Positions 26,652-35,231 of a stretch of 54,921 nucleotides of DNA are shown piece by piece. Origin of the DNA: Thermoplasmata archaeon (GTDB taxonomy: Archaea > Thermoplasmatota > SW-10-69-26 > JACQPN01 > JAJPHT01). Location: contig JAXDQU010000028.1 in assembly GCA_034667685.1 (NCBI GenBank), positions 1 to 54,921 of the forward strand, read 5' to 3'. The notes below the pieces were generated by a model, which was not told the DNA's origin, did not search any database, and saw nothing but the letters and a program-made list of their open reading frames with translations. The translations under genes and the position numbers were made by a program. Each line of letters opens with the position of its first letter. The stretch's first letter is position 1.

Positions 26652-27464
26652 ATGGACGGCGAGCCCCTCGCCCGCCTGCGCGAGTTCGGCCTGAGCGAGT
26701 ACGCCTCGCGCGCCTACCTCGCGCTCCTGCAAGTCGGCTCCGGCGACGCGAGGACCCTCGCGCGCCTGGCCAAGGTCCCCATCGCGAAGATCTACAGCAC
26801 GCTCGATCAGCTCCAGGCGCGCGGCCTGGCGCGGATGATCGTCGAGACGCCCAAGCGGTTCGAGCCGATCCCGTTCGAGGACTTCCTGGCGCAGCTGCGC
26901 CAGACGCACCTTCGCGAGGCCGAGCGCATCGCGGACCTCTCGCCCAAGCTCGCCCCGCTCTTCGCCATCCGGAGCGAGGAGGTGCCAAGCGACCGGGGCA
27001 GCCTCACCATCTTGCGGGGCCGGCGCAACGTCCTGGCCAAGTACCATGCCCTCGCCTCGGAGGCGACCGAGGAGATCTTCCTCGTGCTCACGGAAGGCGC
27101 CGGCAAGCGCGCCTCCTCCAGCCGGTCGATCTTCGACGAGGCCGCCCAGCGCCGGGTCCCCGTCCGGGCGATGGCGCCGCTCCACGGGCCCAACCACACG
27201 ATCTTCGCGGCGATGTCGGGCTGGGCGGACATCCGCTCCCGCGAGGAGTTCGACGTGCGCGACGGCGCGGTGGGCTACGGGATCTTCGACTCGAGGATCG
27301 CTTTCGTCACGCACTTCGTCCCGGACGACGGCAACGTGCACAACGGGCACGACTTCGGGATCCTGATCACCGAGCAGGCGATCGTCCACTCGCTCCTCGA
27401 CCTGCTCGAAGGGCACTGGCGCCGCGCGGCCCAGGCGACCGCGCAGATCGGCGGCAAGCCCTAA
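26652..27464 (+). CDS. TrmB family transcriptional regulator
   Basis: FGLSEYASRAYLALL...VPIAKIYSTLDQLQARGL, PKRFEPIP. Confidence 0.92.
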   Translation: MDGEPLARLREFGLSEYASRAYLALLQVGSGDARTLARLAKVPIAKIYSTLDQLQARGLARMIVETPKRFEPIPFEDFLAQLRQTHLREAERIADLSPKLAPLFAIRSEEVPSDRGSLTILRGRRNVLAKYHALASEATEEIFLVLTEGAGKRASSSRSIFDEAAQRRVPVRAMAPLHGPNHTIFAAMSGWADIRSREEFDVRDGAVGYGIFDSRIAFVTHFVPDDGNVHNGHDFGILITEQAIVHSLLDLLEGHWRRAAQATAQIGGKP

Positions 27465-27489
27465 GCAGCCTCGCGCGCGAAGGTCGAGC

Positions 27490-27882
27490 ATGGCCGCCCC
27501 CCGCGAATCCTCCAATGCGCTGGCCGAGGTCGCGCTCGCCTTCGACCCCATCGCGATGGAGAAGGTGAGCTAGTTCGTCGCCGACGCCGAAGGCCAGCTC
27601 GACGAGCTCCGGCGCGTTACCGCCGACTGGGCCCGGAGCCTCGCGCCGCCGAGCAACGCGACGCTCGACGCGGGCAGCCGCGCCGAGGAGATCCGTTACA
27701 TGATGCAGCAAGGCCTGCGCGCGCTGGGCACGCTGGAGGAGCGCGCGGCGCTGGCGTTACCCCGCCGTGGCGCGCTCCGAAGGATGATCGGCGAGCACGG
27801 CCGGGCCCAGGATGAGCAGAGGGACTTGGTCCGAAGGGAGCAGCAGCGAGGCGCGCAGCGCGCGCTCCAGCTCTTCGCGTGA
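27490..27882 (+). pseudogene. Coding-like frame interrupted by in-frame TAG (27571-27573)
   Basis: ATG 27490, 27 codons, TAG, then the same frame continues with host-like codons (FVADAEGQLDELRR...). Confidence 0.5.
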
Positions 27883-27912
27883 ATCGAGACGAAGGATCAT
27901 GGGTGCATCCAT
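27757..27912 (-). CDS. Possible small protein (51 aa)
   Basis: MDAPMILRLDSREELERALRASLLL...; purine-rich SD-like sequence upstream; overlaps the tail of the pseudogene. Confidence 0.3.
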   Translation of the reverse strand: MDAPMILRLDSREELERALRASLLLPSDQVPLLILGPAVLADHPSERATAG

Positions 27913-28124
27913 CCGCCCTTCCCATCCGGCGCGCAAGGAAGAGCCTGATCCTTCCACGCGCGGGGAAGAAGAGAGCGTGAAACCGCCGGCGCGACCATGA
28001 ACGATCGTCGGCTGCCGACGCGCGCCGTGGCATCCCCAGTACCCCATCCTGCGCGCGGGCAATGCGACACACCACCTTCCGGGCCGCGCTTCGACGCCGG
28101 CCCGGTCGCTCCCCCTCGCCGCGC

Positions 28125-29249
28125 TCACGGCGGCAGCGCATCCTCGAGGCCGGGCGGCGCGCGGTCGTACCCCATGCGCTTCAGGAACGTCGCGCGGTCG
28201 GGCAGGTCGTACGCGCGCTCCAGGCTCGCCACGCGCGCGCCCGACGCATCGCGCGCCTCCACCGCCACGGTAACAGACTGCGGCTCGTCGCGCGCCAACC
28301 GCCCGTGCAGCGTGAGCCGCTCGCCCACCGCGATCCAGCGTTGCGCGTCCAGCGCGCTCGTGCGCACCGGGATGCCCACGCGCCCGCGCAGGCCGTAGAG
28401 CGTCCAGTTCGCCGTCTCCAGCAGCGCGAGGTAGAGCAGCCCCGAGTGCAGGCGGTCCGGCCACCCTTGGCGCTCGCGCGTCGCGTCGAGGCTCGACGTG
28501 ACCTCCGCGCCCTCCCGCGCGAAGACGAGGCGCAGGCCGTGCGGATGCTCGGGACCGCAGCCGACGCAGGGGTTCGCGGGATCGTTCTCCAGGATGCGCG
28601 GCGCGAGGAGCGCCTCGACTTCGTCCATGCCGCGCTCGCGCGCGAAGTCCAGCGCGGTCTTGCCGCCGGGCCCCCTCGCGCGCGGGTCCGCCTTCCCCGC
28701 CAGGAGCGCCTCGACGCCGCGCACGGAGCCGTTCGCCGCCGCGACGTGGAGCGGGAGGTAGCCGTTGCCGTCGGCGAGGCTCGGGTCCGCGCCCGCCGCG
28801 AGCAGCAGCGCGATCGCCTCGCCCTGCGCGCCCGCGGCGGCCGCGTGGAGCGGCGCGTTGCGGAACTGCCCGCCCGCCATGCCGTCCACCGGCGCGCCCA
28901 GGTTGAGCAGCGCGCGCAGCGCGTCGAGCTGGCCGAAGTGCGCGGCCAGATGCAGGGGCGCCGCGCCGTCCGGACCCGGCTTCGCCACGAGGGTCCGATC
29001 CTGCGCCGCGAGCGCGCGCAGACGCTCCACGTCGCCCAGCGCCGCCGCGGCCCAGACGTCCGGCTGCGCGCCGGCCTCGCGCAGCGCGCGCACGCCCGCC
29101 GCGAAGCGCAGGTACGCCGCGAGCTGGAGCGCGCTCATGCCTTCGGGCGTGCGCGCGTCGGCCCGCGCGGGCCGCTCCCGCAGCAGCGCGTCGAGGCGCT
29201 TGACGTCCTTGTCCTTCAACGCCTGGATCACCGGCGCGGCGTCGTCCAT
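28125..29249 (-). CDS. Ankyrin-repeat protein fused to hotdog (PaaI-like) thioesterase domain
   Basis: Ankyrin units (SALQLAA, APLHLAAHFG, PLHAAA, PLHVAAANG, GKTALD), then CVGCGPEHPHGLRLVF...QGWPDRLHSG...LLE. Confidence 0.88.
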   Translation of the reverse strand: MDDAAPVIQALKDKDVKRLDALLRERPARADARTPEGMSALQLAAYLRFAAGVRALREAGAQPDVWAAAALGDVERLRALAAQDRTLVAKPGPDGAAPLHLAAHFGQLDALRALLNLGAPVDGMAGGQFRNAPLHAAAAGAQGEAIALLLAAGADPSLADGNGYLPLHVAAANGSVRGVEALLAGKADPRARGPGGKTALDFARERGMDEVEALLAPRILENDPANPCVGCGPEHPHGLRLVFAREGAEVTSSLDATRERQGWPDRLHSGLLYLALLETANWTLYGLRGRVGIPVRTSALDAQRWIAVGERLTLHGRLARDEPQSVTVAVEARDASGARVASLERAYDLPDRATFLKRMGYDRAPPGLEDALPP

Positions 29250-29292
29250 GCCTCCGCCACCCGCGCGCGGGCGCGATGAACGTTGCGCAACC

Positions 29293-29310
29293 CCTGTACG
29301 ATCGTACAGG
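29293..29310. promoter_or_regulatory. Perfect 18-bp palindrome, putative operator
   Basis: CCTGTACGATCGTACAGG between the divergent ankyrin-hotdog and ArsR genes. Confidence 0.65.
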
Positions 29311-29343
29311 CTTCCCGCGCGCGTGGTGACGACGGACAAGGAG

Positions 29344-29607
29344 ATGGCGCCCGAGCAGGCGGCGCGCTATCACGAGGGGCTCGCGCACCCCGCGCGGGTC
29401 TGCGCGCTTCGGGTCCTGCGCGAGCGCGGCGCGAGCAGCCTGGCCGACCTGCGCGAAGCCATCGCGGGACAGGGCGTCGACCTCGACCGCACGACCCTCA
29501 AGTTCCACGTGCGCAAGCTCGTCGAAGCGGGCCTCGTCGACCTCGACGGCGAGGACGTGGCGCTCCTCGTCGACGTCGCGCTGCGCGTGCGCCACCCGAA
29601 GGCGTAG
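29344..29607 (+). CDS. ArsR-type wHTH regulator
   Basis: LAHPARVCALRVL...TTLKFHVRKLVEAGLV; AAGGAG before the ATG. Confidence 0.85.
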   Translation: MAPEQAARYHEGLAHPARVCALRVLRERGASSLADLREAIAGQGVDLDRTTLKFHVRKLVEAGLVDLDGEDVALLVDVALRVRHPKA

Positions 29608-29612
29608 CCCGT

Positions 29613-31118
29613 CTACGCCGCCGGATCGCGCGCCCGGTCGAGCTTGCGCATCGCGAGGCGCATCGCCCGCGACAGCTCGGGGTCCTGCCGCGCCTGCGCG
29701 AAGATCGGATCGTCCGCCATCTCCAACACGACGCTGGGCGTGCGCTGGATCGCGCGCAGGAGGTGCGGCCGCGCCGCGGAGATCCCCTGCCCATGCTGGA
29801 GCTGGAGCACCGCCGCGTGGAAGTCCGCCTCGCCGCTGGACGAGCCCTCCGCGAGCGCCACGTAGATCTCCAGCGCCAGGCCGACCTCGCCCGTCTCGGC
29901 GAGGAACCACGCCTCGTCCATCTTGAGGCGCTCGCTGGAAGGCGCGTGCGCCCGCGCGGTGCGGATCCACTCGAGCGCCTCCCCGAACCGCCCCCCGTCC
30001 GCGGCGAGGTAGGCCAGCTCCGCCATCTGGTCGACCGAATGGCGCCCCTTCGACGCCACGCGGATCCGCGCCACCGCGAGCGCCACCAGGACGCCCAGGA
30101 GCAGGAGCGCCGCCGGCAGCACGAGGTCGGGCCCCGGCAGCGGGGCGGACGGAGCGCGGGCGAAGGCGAGCGTCGTGGAGTCGAGCTCGCCGCGAAGGGT
30201 GGAAGAAAGGAGGGTGGGAGCGTCCTTCGAGGGCGCGGCCTGGACGTCGAAACGTCCCGCCAGGATGGCGGTGTCGTTCATCGCCAGGTAGGAGCCGCTC
30301 CCCGCGCCGAGCGTCCCCGTGGCGCCCTGCACCTGGAGGACACCCACCGTCGCGAGGCGCGCATCGGACAGGGCGAATTGGGCCGGTACGCTGCTGGCCG
30401 CGGCGAAGTGCGCATTCTCGGCTTCCAGGAAGATCGAGCTGACGGTCATCACCCCCTCAGCCCGGGTGGAGGGGCGGGTGCCCGTCCTGTAGGTGAATTC
30501 GCCCTGGTCCGCGCTGACGTGGACGGTCGGGCCGTAGAGCTGCGTCACCACGAACCCGTCCCGAGCCCACGTGAGCGCCCCCGAGAGGAGGACATAGGCG
30601 TGGTTCGGCGCGTACGTGTACGCGGGGATGCTCGGGTCGGAAGATTTCAAGGGGCCGAGGTCCGGCGTGGTGCCGAGGGTCTGGTTGGACACGGACAGCT
30701 GGAGGTTCGTGCCCTGGAAGTGCGTCGGCTCGCCGGAGGGCCGGTCGTACTCGGCGACCCACCCGGTGGTCGGTTGCTCGGCGAACGTCACGAGGGCGTG
30801 GTCGAACTCCATGCTCTCCGAGTAGTTGCCCTTGTCCTGGGGGAGCGTGTTGTAGGGGAGCACCACGCGCGCGGGCCCCGCAATGACCTGGTCATTTTCG
30901 GCCAGATAGAGGTGGAGGTGGTCGGCCCGGACCTCGAACGACGAAATTCCCGAGGCGTTGGGCCAGTAGGCCGCCTCCGCCGTCGCCGAGCTCGGACCCG
31001 CGGATTCGGCGATCAGCTCGCTGGAAACCAGGGTCCCAGACAGGGAGGATGCAGCGCCGGCCGTGCCTGCCAAGAGAAGAAGCAGGGCTAACCATGCCGC
31101 GCTCCTCGTCCCAAGCAC
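29613..31118 (-). CDS. Single-pass membrane protein: beta-rich ectodomain, TM, cytoplasmic TPR-like helices
   Basis: Signal peptide WLALLLLLAGTAGA; TM LVLPAALLLLGVLVALAVA; TPR-like AYLAADGGRFGEALEWI, AWFLAETGEVGLALEIY. Confidence 0.8.
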   Translation of the reverse strand: MLGTRSAAWLALLLLLAGTAGAASSLSGTLVSSELIAESAGPSSATAEAAYWPNASGISSFEVRADHLHLYLAENDQVIAGPARVVLPYNTLPQDKGNYSESMEFDHALVTFAEQPTTGWVAEYDRPSGEPTHFQGTNLQLSVSNQTLGTTPDLGPLKSSDPSIPAYTYAPNHAYVLLSGALTWARDGFVVTQLYGPTVHVSADQGEFTYRTGTRPSTRAEGVMTVSSIFLEAENAHFAAASSVPAQFALSDARLATVGVLQVQGATGTLGAGSGSYLAMNDTAILAGRFDVQAAPSKDAPTLLSSTLRGELDSTTLAFARAPSAPLPGPDLVLPAALLLLGVLVALAVARIRVASKGRHSVDQMAELAYLAADGGRFGEALEWIRTARAHAPSSERLKMDEAWFLAETGEVGLALEIYVALAEGSSSGEADFHAAVLQLQHGQGISAARPHLLRAIQRTPSVVLEMADDPIFAQARQDPELSRAMRLAMRKLDRARDPAA

Positions 31119-31249
31119 ACAGTGGGAACCGGCGGGCCCCCATATGTCGTTTGTTGAGGTCGGCCCGTGCAAACAAGCACCCATGCGCGAGAATTCTCCA
31201 CCGAATCAAATCGGAGCGGATTTCGCTTCGGTGGTGCATGATGGTGCGC

Positions 31250-31507
31250 ATGTCTCCGAACTTGCTCCAAAACGCGACGATTGCCGGAATGATGAGCGCC
31301 CTGTTCCTCGCCTCCTGCGTGCCCACGGCGATCGCGGACACCTTTGGGCTCGCGCGCACGACGACCGGAGGGTGCGTCGAGGTCAATTGGTCGACCAACC
31401 CCTATTACGTGGTCGCCCCAGCGACGGGCTGCACGTCCCTCGACCCCTGTGTCTCGGTCGACCCGAACACGTCGCCCCCCACGGCGGTTCCGAGCAACAA
31501 CTGTTGA
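31250..31507 (+). CDS. Small secreted peptide with two Cys-bracketed repeats
   Basis: Hydrophobic signal ending AIA; GCVEVNWSTNPYYVVAPATGC and PCVSVDPNTSPPTAVPSNNC. Start 31238-31250. Confidence 0.65.
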   Translation: MSPNLLQNATIAGMMSALFLASCVPTAIADTFGLARTTTGGCVEVNWSTNPYYVVAPATGCTSLDPCVSVDPNTSPPTAVPSNNC

Positions 31508-31555
31508 CACCCCCCGACCGAAATCTCCAGGGGGACGGAGCCGCATGGTTGCGGC

Positions 31556-32092
31556 GTGCCGCTCGTGTTAGCCCCGTTCCCCCCGGGGTCACCCATCTTT
31601 CTCCTGGCACGGAAGCCCTGGCCCGACAAGGGCGAGCACGTGCTTGCGCACCCCCTGCGTCGGGCGATCCTGCGCGTGGTCACCCACCAGCCCGGGGTTA
31701 CCCTGGGTGAGCTGCTCCGCCTCGTCCCGATGGGCTGGGGCAACGCCTACCACCACCTGGGCATGCTGGAGCGCGCGGGCCTCGTCAAGCGCGTGCGCGT
31801 CGGCCGGCGCGTCGTGGTCGTCTCCCAGGCCGCGACGATGGACGAGATGGAGGCGCGGGCGCGGGCGTACCTGCACGGAAGCACGGCGGCCGCGGTCTGC
31901 CGCGACGTCTTCCTCCACCCCGGCACGAGCGTGGTGGACGTCGCGTCCCGCACGGGGCACACAGTGCGCACCGTCTATTACCACGTGCGCCTGGCGACCA
32001 GCGTCGGCCTCCTCGTCTCGCGCTCCCCCACGCGGCAGTTCGCGCTCCACGCGCTCCCGCTCTACGCGCGCATCGCCGGCGCGGATCAGTAG
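31556..32092 (+). CDS. Tandem winged-HTH transcriptional regulator
   Basis: HPLRRAILRVVTHQPG...YHHLGMLERAGLV and HPGTSVVDVA...TVYYHVRLA. Confidence 0.82.
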   Translation: MPLVLAPFPPGSPIFLLARKPWPDKGEHVLAHPLRRAILRVVTHQPGVTLGELLRLVPMGWGNAYHHLGMLERAGLVKRVRVGRRVVVVSQAATMDEMEARARAYLHGSTAAAVCRDVFLHPGTSVVDVASRTGHTVRTVYYHVRLATSVGLLVSRSPTRQFALHALPLYARIAGADQ

Positions 32093-32259
32093 CCGCGGCA
32101 ATCGCCACAAATGGGCAACGCGGCGCGCGCGCTGAAGCAGACCATCAGCCGCGTGGGGCGCCCGCACGCGACGCAGGGCAGGTCGCCCGGACAAAGATAC
32201 ACCGTGGCCCAGTCGCGCCCCTTGAGGACGAAGGCTTGCGTGGCGGGCGGACTCGGCAC
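32086..32259 (-). CDS. Small zinc-finger-like protein (57 aa)
   Basis: CVACGRP...CGDC; GTG start inferred. Confidence 0.55.
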   Translation of the reverse strand: MPSPPATQAFVLKGRDWATVYLCPGDLPCVACGRPTRLMVCFSARAALPICGDCRGY

Positions 32260-32549
32260 ACCCTGGGGAGCCGGACACCCGCGCTTCAGGGGGCGGAGGA
32301 GGGTGCGCTGGAACGAATCGGGGTTACTTCTTCCCGAGTGAAGCGACTTAACTAGTTCTGGTGGGGCCTCGGGGGTCGACGCCTTTGGAAAAGGGTCACC
32401 CGTGCAGGCACGGCGCCGGGATTGAGCGTCTCTTCTTGGGCCGATGTGTTCACACCCCGAACCGCGGTTTAGCGAGGGGTCAGCCGGTCGCCGCCAAGGT
32501 AAAATCTCAGGTGGGTAAACGTCTAGACTGAGCCATCGTCGAGCCGACC

Positions 32550-33881
32550 ATGGGAACACCCAACGCGCAAAGCCCTGGGTCAGAGAGCGTGCCAGCTATC
32601 ACGTCGGAGCAGTTCGAGCGCGTCTTTGAGCATGCGCCGGGATTGTTCCTCGTCCTTGAGCCAAAGAGTCCGTTCCGCATCGTGGCGGTGAGCGACGCGT
32701 ATTTGCGCGCGACGATGACACAGCGCGAGTCGATCCTTGGCCGGGGAATCTTCGATGTCTTCCCCGACAACCCATCCGATATCACCGCGACTGGCGTTCG
32801 GAACTTGGGCGAATCGCTCGCGCGCGTGCTCACGCATCGGATGCCGGACACGATGGCGGTGCAGAAGTACGACATCCGCAAGCCCGCGCAGGATGGAGGC
32901 GCGTTCGAGGAGCGATACTGGAGTCCCCTCAATTCTCCCGTGCTGGACAATGAGGGGCACGTCACGTTCATCATTCACCGCGTGGAGGACGTGACGGAGT
33001 TCGTTCACCTCAAGCAGCTTGGCGAGAACCAATCGAAGCTAGCCGCGGCTCTTCGCGCTCGCGTCGAGGAGCGCGAGGCCGAGATCTTCCTTCGCGCGCA
33101 AGAGGTCGCCGAAGCCAATCGTCAGCTCCGCGACGCGAACGCGCGGCTCGAAGCCATGAACAAAGCGCTTGCCATCGCCAACGAGGGGCTTGAGAGCTTC
33201 GCGTACGTCGTGAGCCACGATATCAAAGAACCCGTCCGCGCGATCCAGACGTACCATGACCTCATCGAGGAGAAGGCGATCAATCCAGAAGTGCGCGAGA
33301 TCGTTCGCAAGAGCCACGCGAGCACGGATCGCCTCGCGAGCCTCATGCAAGGACTTCTCGAAGTGAGTCACGCGTCCCGGCTTGAGCCAGACGCCCTTGC
33401 GCCGCTAAGCGTCAAGGACGCCATCTACAGCGACGCATGCACGACGCGGTACGCCACTTTGTATGAAGAGAAGCACGTTCACCTCGACGTCCACGAGGAT
33501 CCCGATAGTGCCGTGCGGGCGACGCCCGAGCACTTGGCGCAGATCTTCGGCAATCTGCTGCTCAACGCGGCCAGGCACAACACGAGCGCATCCCCGCGCG
33601 TCATCGTCCAGATCCGGCTCCACATGGGGGCGACGGATCGCGTGCTCGTGACGGTCGAGGACAATGGACCTGGTTTCGATGAGAACATCCTTCGTCAGTT
33701 CGATCGCGCCAAGCCTGGTCGGCCGACGACGCTTCGCGGAGGATTCGGGCTCATCATCGTAAGACGCGCGGTGGAGCGGCTTGGCGGCAGCATGACGCTG
33801 ACGCGAAGCCAAAGCATGGGTGGCGCTTGCGTCGGAGTCGCGCTGCCACGCTGGGCATCCCCAACGCAAGATCTACCCTGA
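32550..33881 (+). CDS. PAS-domain sensor histidine kinase
   Basis: PAS ([23 protein letters not shown]); H-box SHDIKEP; NLLLNA, DNGPG, GFGL. Confidence 0.93.
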   Translation: MGTPNAQSPGSESVPAITSEQFERVFEHAPGLFLVLEPKSPFRIVAVSDAYLRATMTQRESILGRGIFDVFPDNPSDITATGVRNLGESLARVLTHRMPDTMAVQKYDIRKPAQDGGAFEERYWSPLNSPVLDNEGHVTFIIHRVEDVTEFVHLKQLGENQSKLAAALRARVEEREAEIFLRAQEVAEANRQLRDANARLEAMNKALAIANEGLESFAYVVSHDIKEPVRAIQTYHDLIEEKAINPEVREIVRKSHASTDRLASLMQGLLEVSHASRLEPDALAPLSVKDAIYSDACTTRYATLYEEKHVHLDVHEDPDSAVRATPEHLAQIFGNLLLNAARHNTSASPRVIVQIRLHMGATDRVLVTVEDNGPGFDENILRQFDRAKPGRPTTLRGGFGLIIVRRAVERLGGSMTLTRSQSMGGACVGVALPRWASPTQDLP

Positions 33882-33907
33882 CATTTTCGATCCGGCGGAT
33901 TCGCTAG

Positions 33908-34060
33908 ATTGATGAGCGGAAGCGCGCGCGGGACGAACTTGCGACCGCCGAGCACTCGGCTGGTGAGGCCGAGGACATGATCAAGATCGCGCGCGTGGAG
34001 TTGACCAAGGCCGCGGGCGAGATCATCCAGTCGCGTACCCCTGCGCCTTCAGAGTTGTGA
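33908..34060 (+). pseudogene. Possible remnant of a PAS-linker/coiled-coil gene
   Basis: Start-less frame IDERKRARDEL..., resembling the PAC-terminal DITERKRA motif. Confidence 0.3.
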
Positions 34061-34894
34061 GTACATCGTGAGGTAGGCGGGCTCGTGCTCCCACTCCGAG
34101 GGCACGGTCCGCAGGCGTGCGCGCTTCCACGTGCCGCCGGCGGTGGACACGTCGACCACGTTTCCCTTCGCGTCGAGGGAGGGAACGCCCAGACTCATGC
34201 CAAGGAGGCTCTCAGTCGTGCGTCCGAAGAGTTCACTTGCGGCCGGATTCGCATAGCGCACGCGCCCCTTCTCGTCGAGCATGAGGATCGCGTCGGGGAT
34301 GGCGTCCAAGAGTTGCCGGTGGCGCGCTTCGCTTCGCGCGAGCGCTTCTTCGCTGCGGCGCCGCTGCGTGATGTCGCGAAAGCTCACCACGACGCCTGTG
34401 ATCTCGACCTCGCGGCGCAGGGGTACGGCGGAGTAGGCGATGAGGATCGGAGGGCGTTGGTCGTTGGCGTGGATCATGCCGTGTTCGGTCTCGATGGTGC
34501 GACCGGTGGCGAGCGCGACCTCGTCGGGTCGTTGGTCGGGATGCTCGGCGAGCGTGGGGTCCGTGAGGTGAATGATCTCGCGGGAGGGATGTCCCACGAT
34601 GTCGGTTGCCGGGCGTTGGAGCATGTCGGCTCCGGCTTGGTTGATGTACGCGATGCGCGCGTTCGCGTCCACGACGTAGACGCCGTGGCCCAGCTGCTCG
34701 ATGGCGGTGGCTTCGCGGCTGACGCGGTTCTGGGCTTCGGTGGCAAGCACGTTCGCGAGGAGAGGGTCGTTCTGGCGCGAGGCTGCGGCGAGAGCTGCGA
34801 TGACATCTTCGCTGGGCATCGTGCGGAGGAACTCGGCGGGACGCATGGCCTCCTTGAGTCGCTCGTATGGCTTGTCGAAGCGCGCGTCACCCAT
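34049..34894 (-). CDS. PAS-PAS protein with uncharacterised N-terminal helical domain
   Basis: PAS/PAC (YINQAG, FRDITQRR), second PAS (YANPAA); TGATG coupling to kaiB. Confidence 0.9.
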   Translation of the reverse strand: MGDARFDKPYERLKEAMRPAEFLRTMPSEDVIAALAAASRQNDPLLANVLATEAQNRVSREATAIEQLGHGVYVVDANARIAYINQAGADMLQRPATDIVGHPSREIIHLTDPTLAEHPDQRPDEVALATGRTIETEHGMIHANDQRPPILIAYSAVPLRREVEITGVVVSFRDITQRRRSEEALARSEARHRQLLDAIPDAILMLDEKGRVRYANPAASELFGRTTESLLGMSLGVPSLDAKGNVVDVSTAGGTWKRARLRTVPSEWEHEPAYLTMYSQL

Positions 34895-35229
34895 CAGGCT
34901 CCTCTCCGTCCATCACCTGGGGGGAGGGAAAGTCCGAAGGCTTGGGCGACGCGCGCATCGTCCGCGAAGCTTCCCGTGAGGCGGACTTGGGGTTCGGGCT
35001 GTTTTCGGATGACGGCGGGGAGGACGATGAGCTGTTCCTCGGCCGCTCGCTCGGGGTGCTCTCGAAGATCGACCACTTCGAGGTGATATCCTTGCGGCAG
35101 GTGGGCGTCGAGCGCTTTGCGGAGGTCGGCGATCGCGCGCTCGGTGTGGACGGCCGTGAGGTCGATGACGAAGAGCTGGAACGACTGTGTCGCCTTCTTG
35201 GGAATGGGCGTATTGCCCTTCGTCGGCAA
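34894..35229 (-). CDS. kaiB: KaiB-like protein (divergent)
   Basis: LFV...AIADLRKAL...YHLEVVDLREHPERAAEEQLIVLPAVIRKQPEP..RLTG; directly downstream of kaiC. Confidence 0.85.
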   Translation of the reverse strand: MPTKGNTPIPKKATQSFQLFVIDLTAVHTERAIADLRKALDAHLPQGYHLEVVDLREHPERAAEEQLIVLPAVIRKQPEPQVRLTGSFADDARVAQAFGLSLPPGDGRRGA

Positions 35230-35231
35230 GC

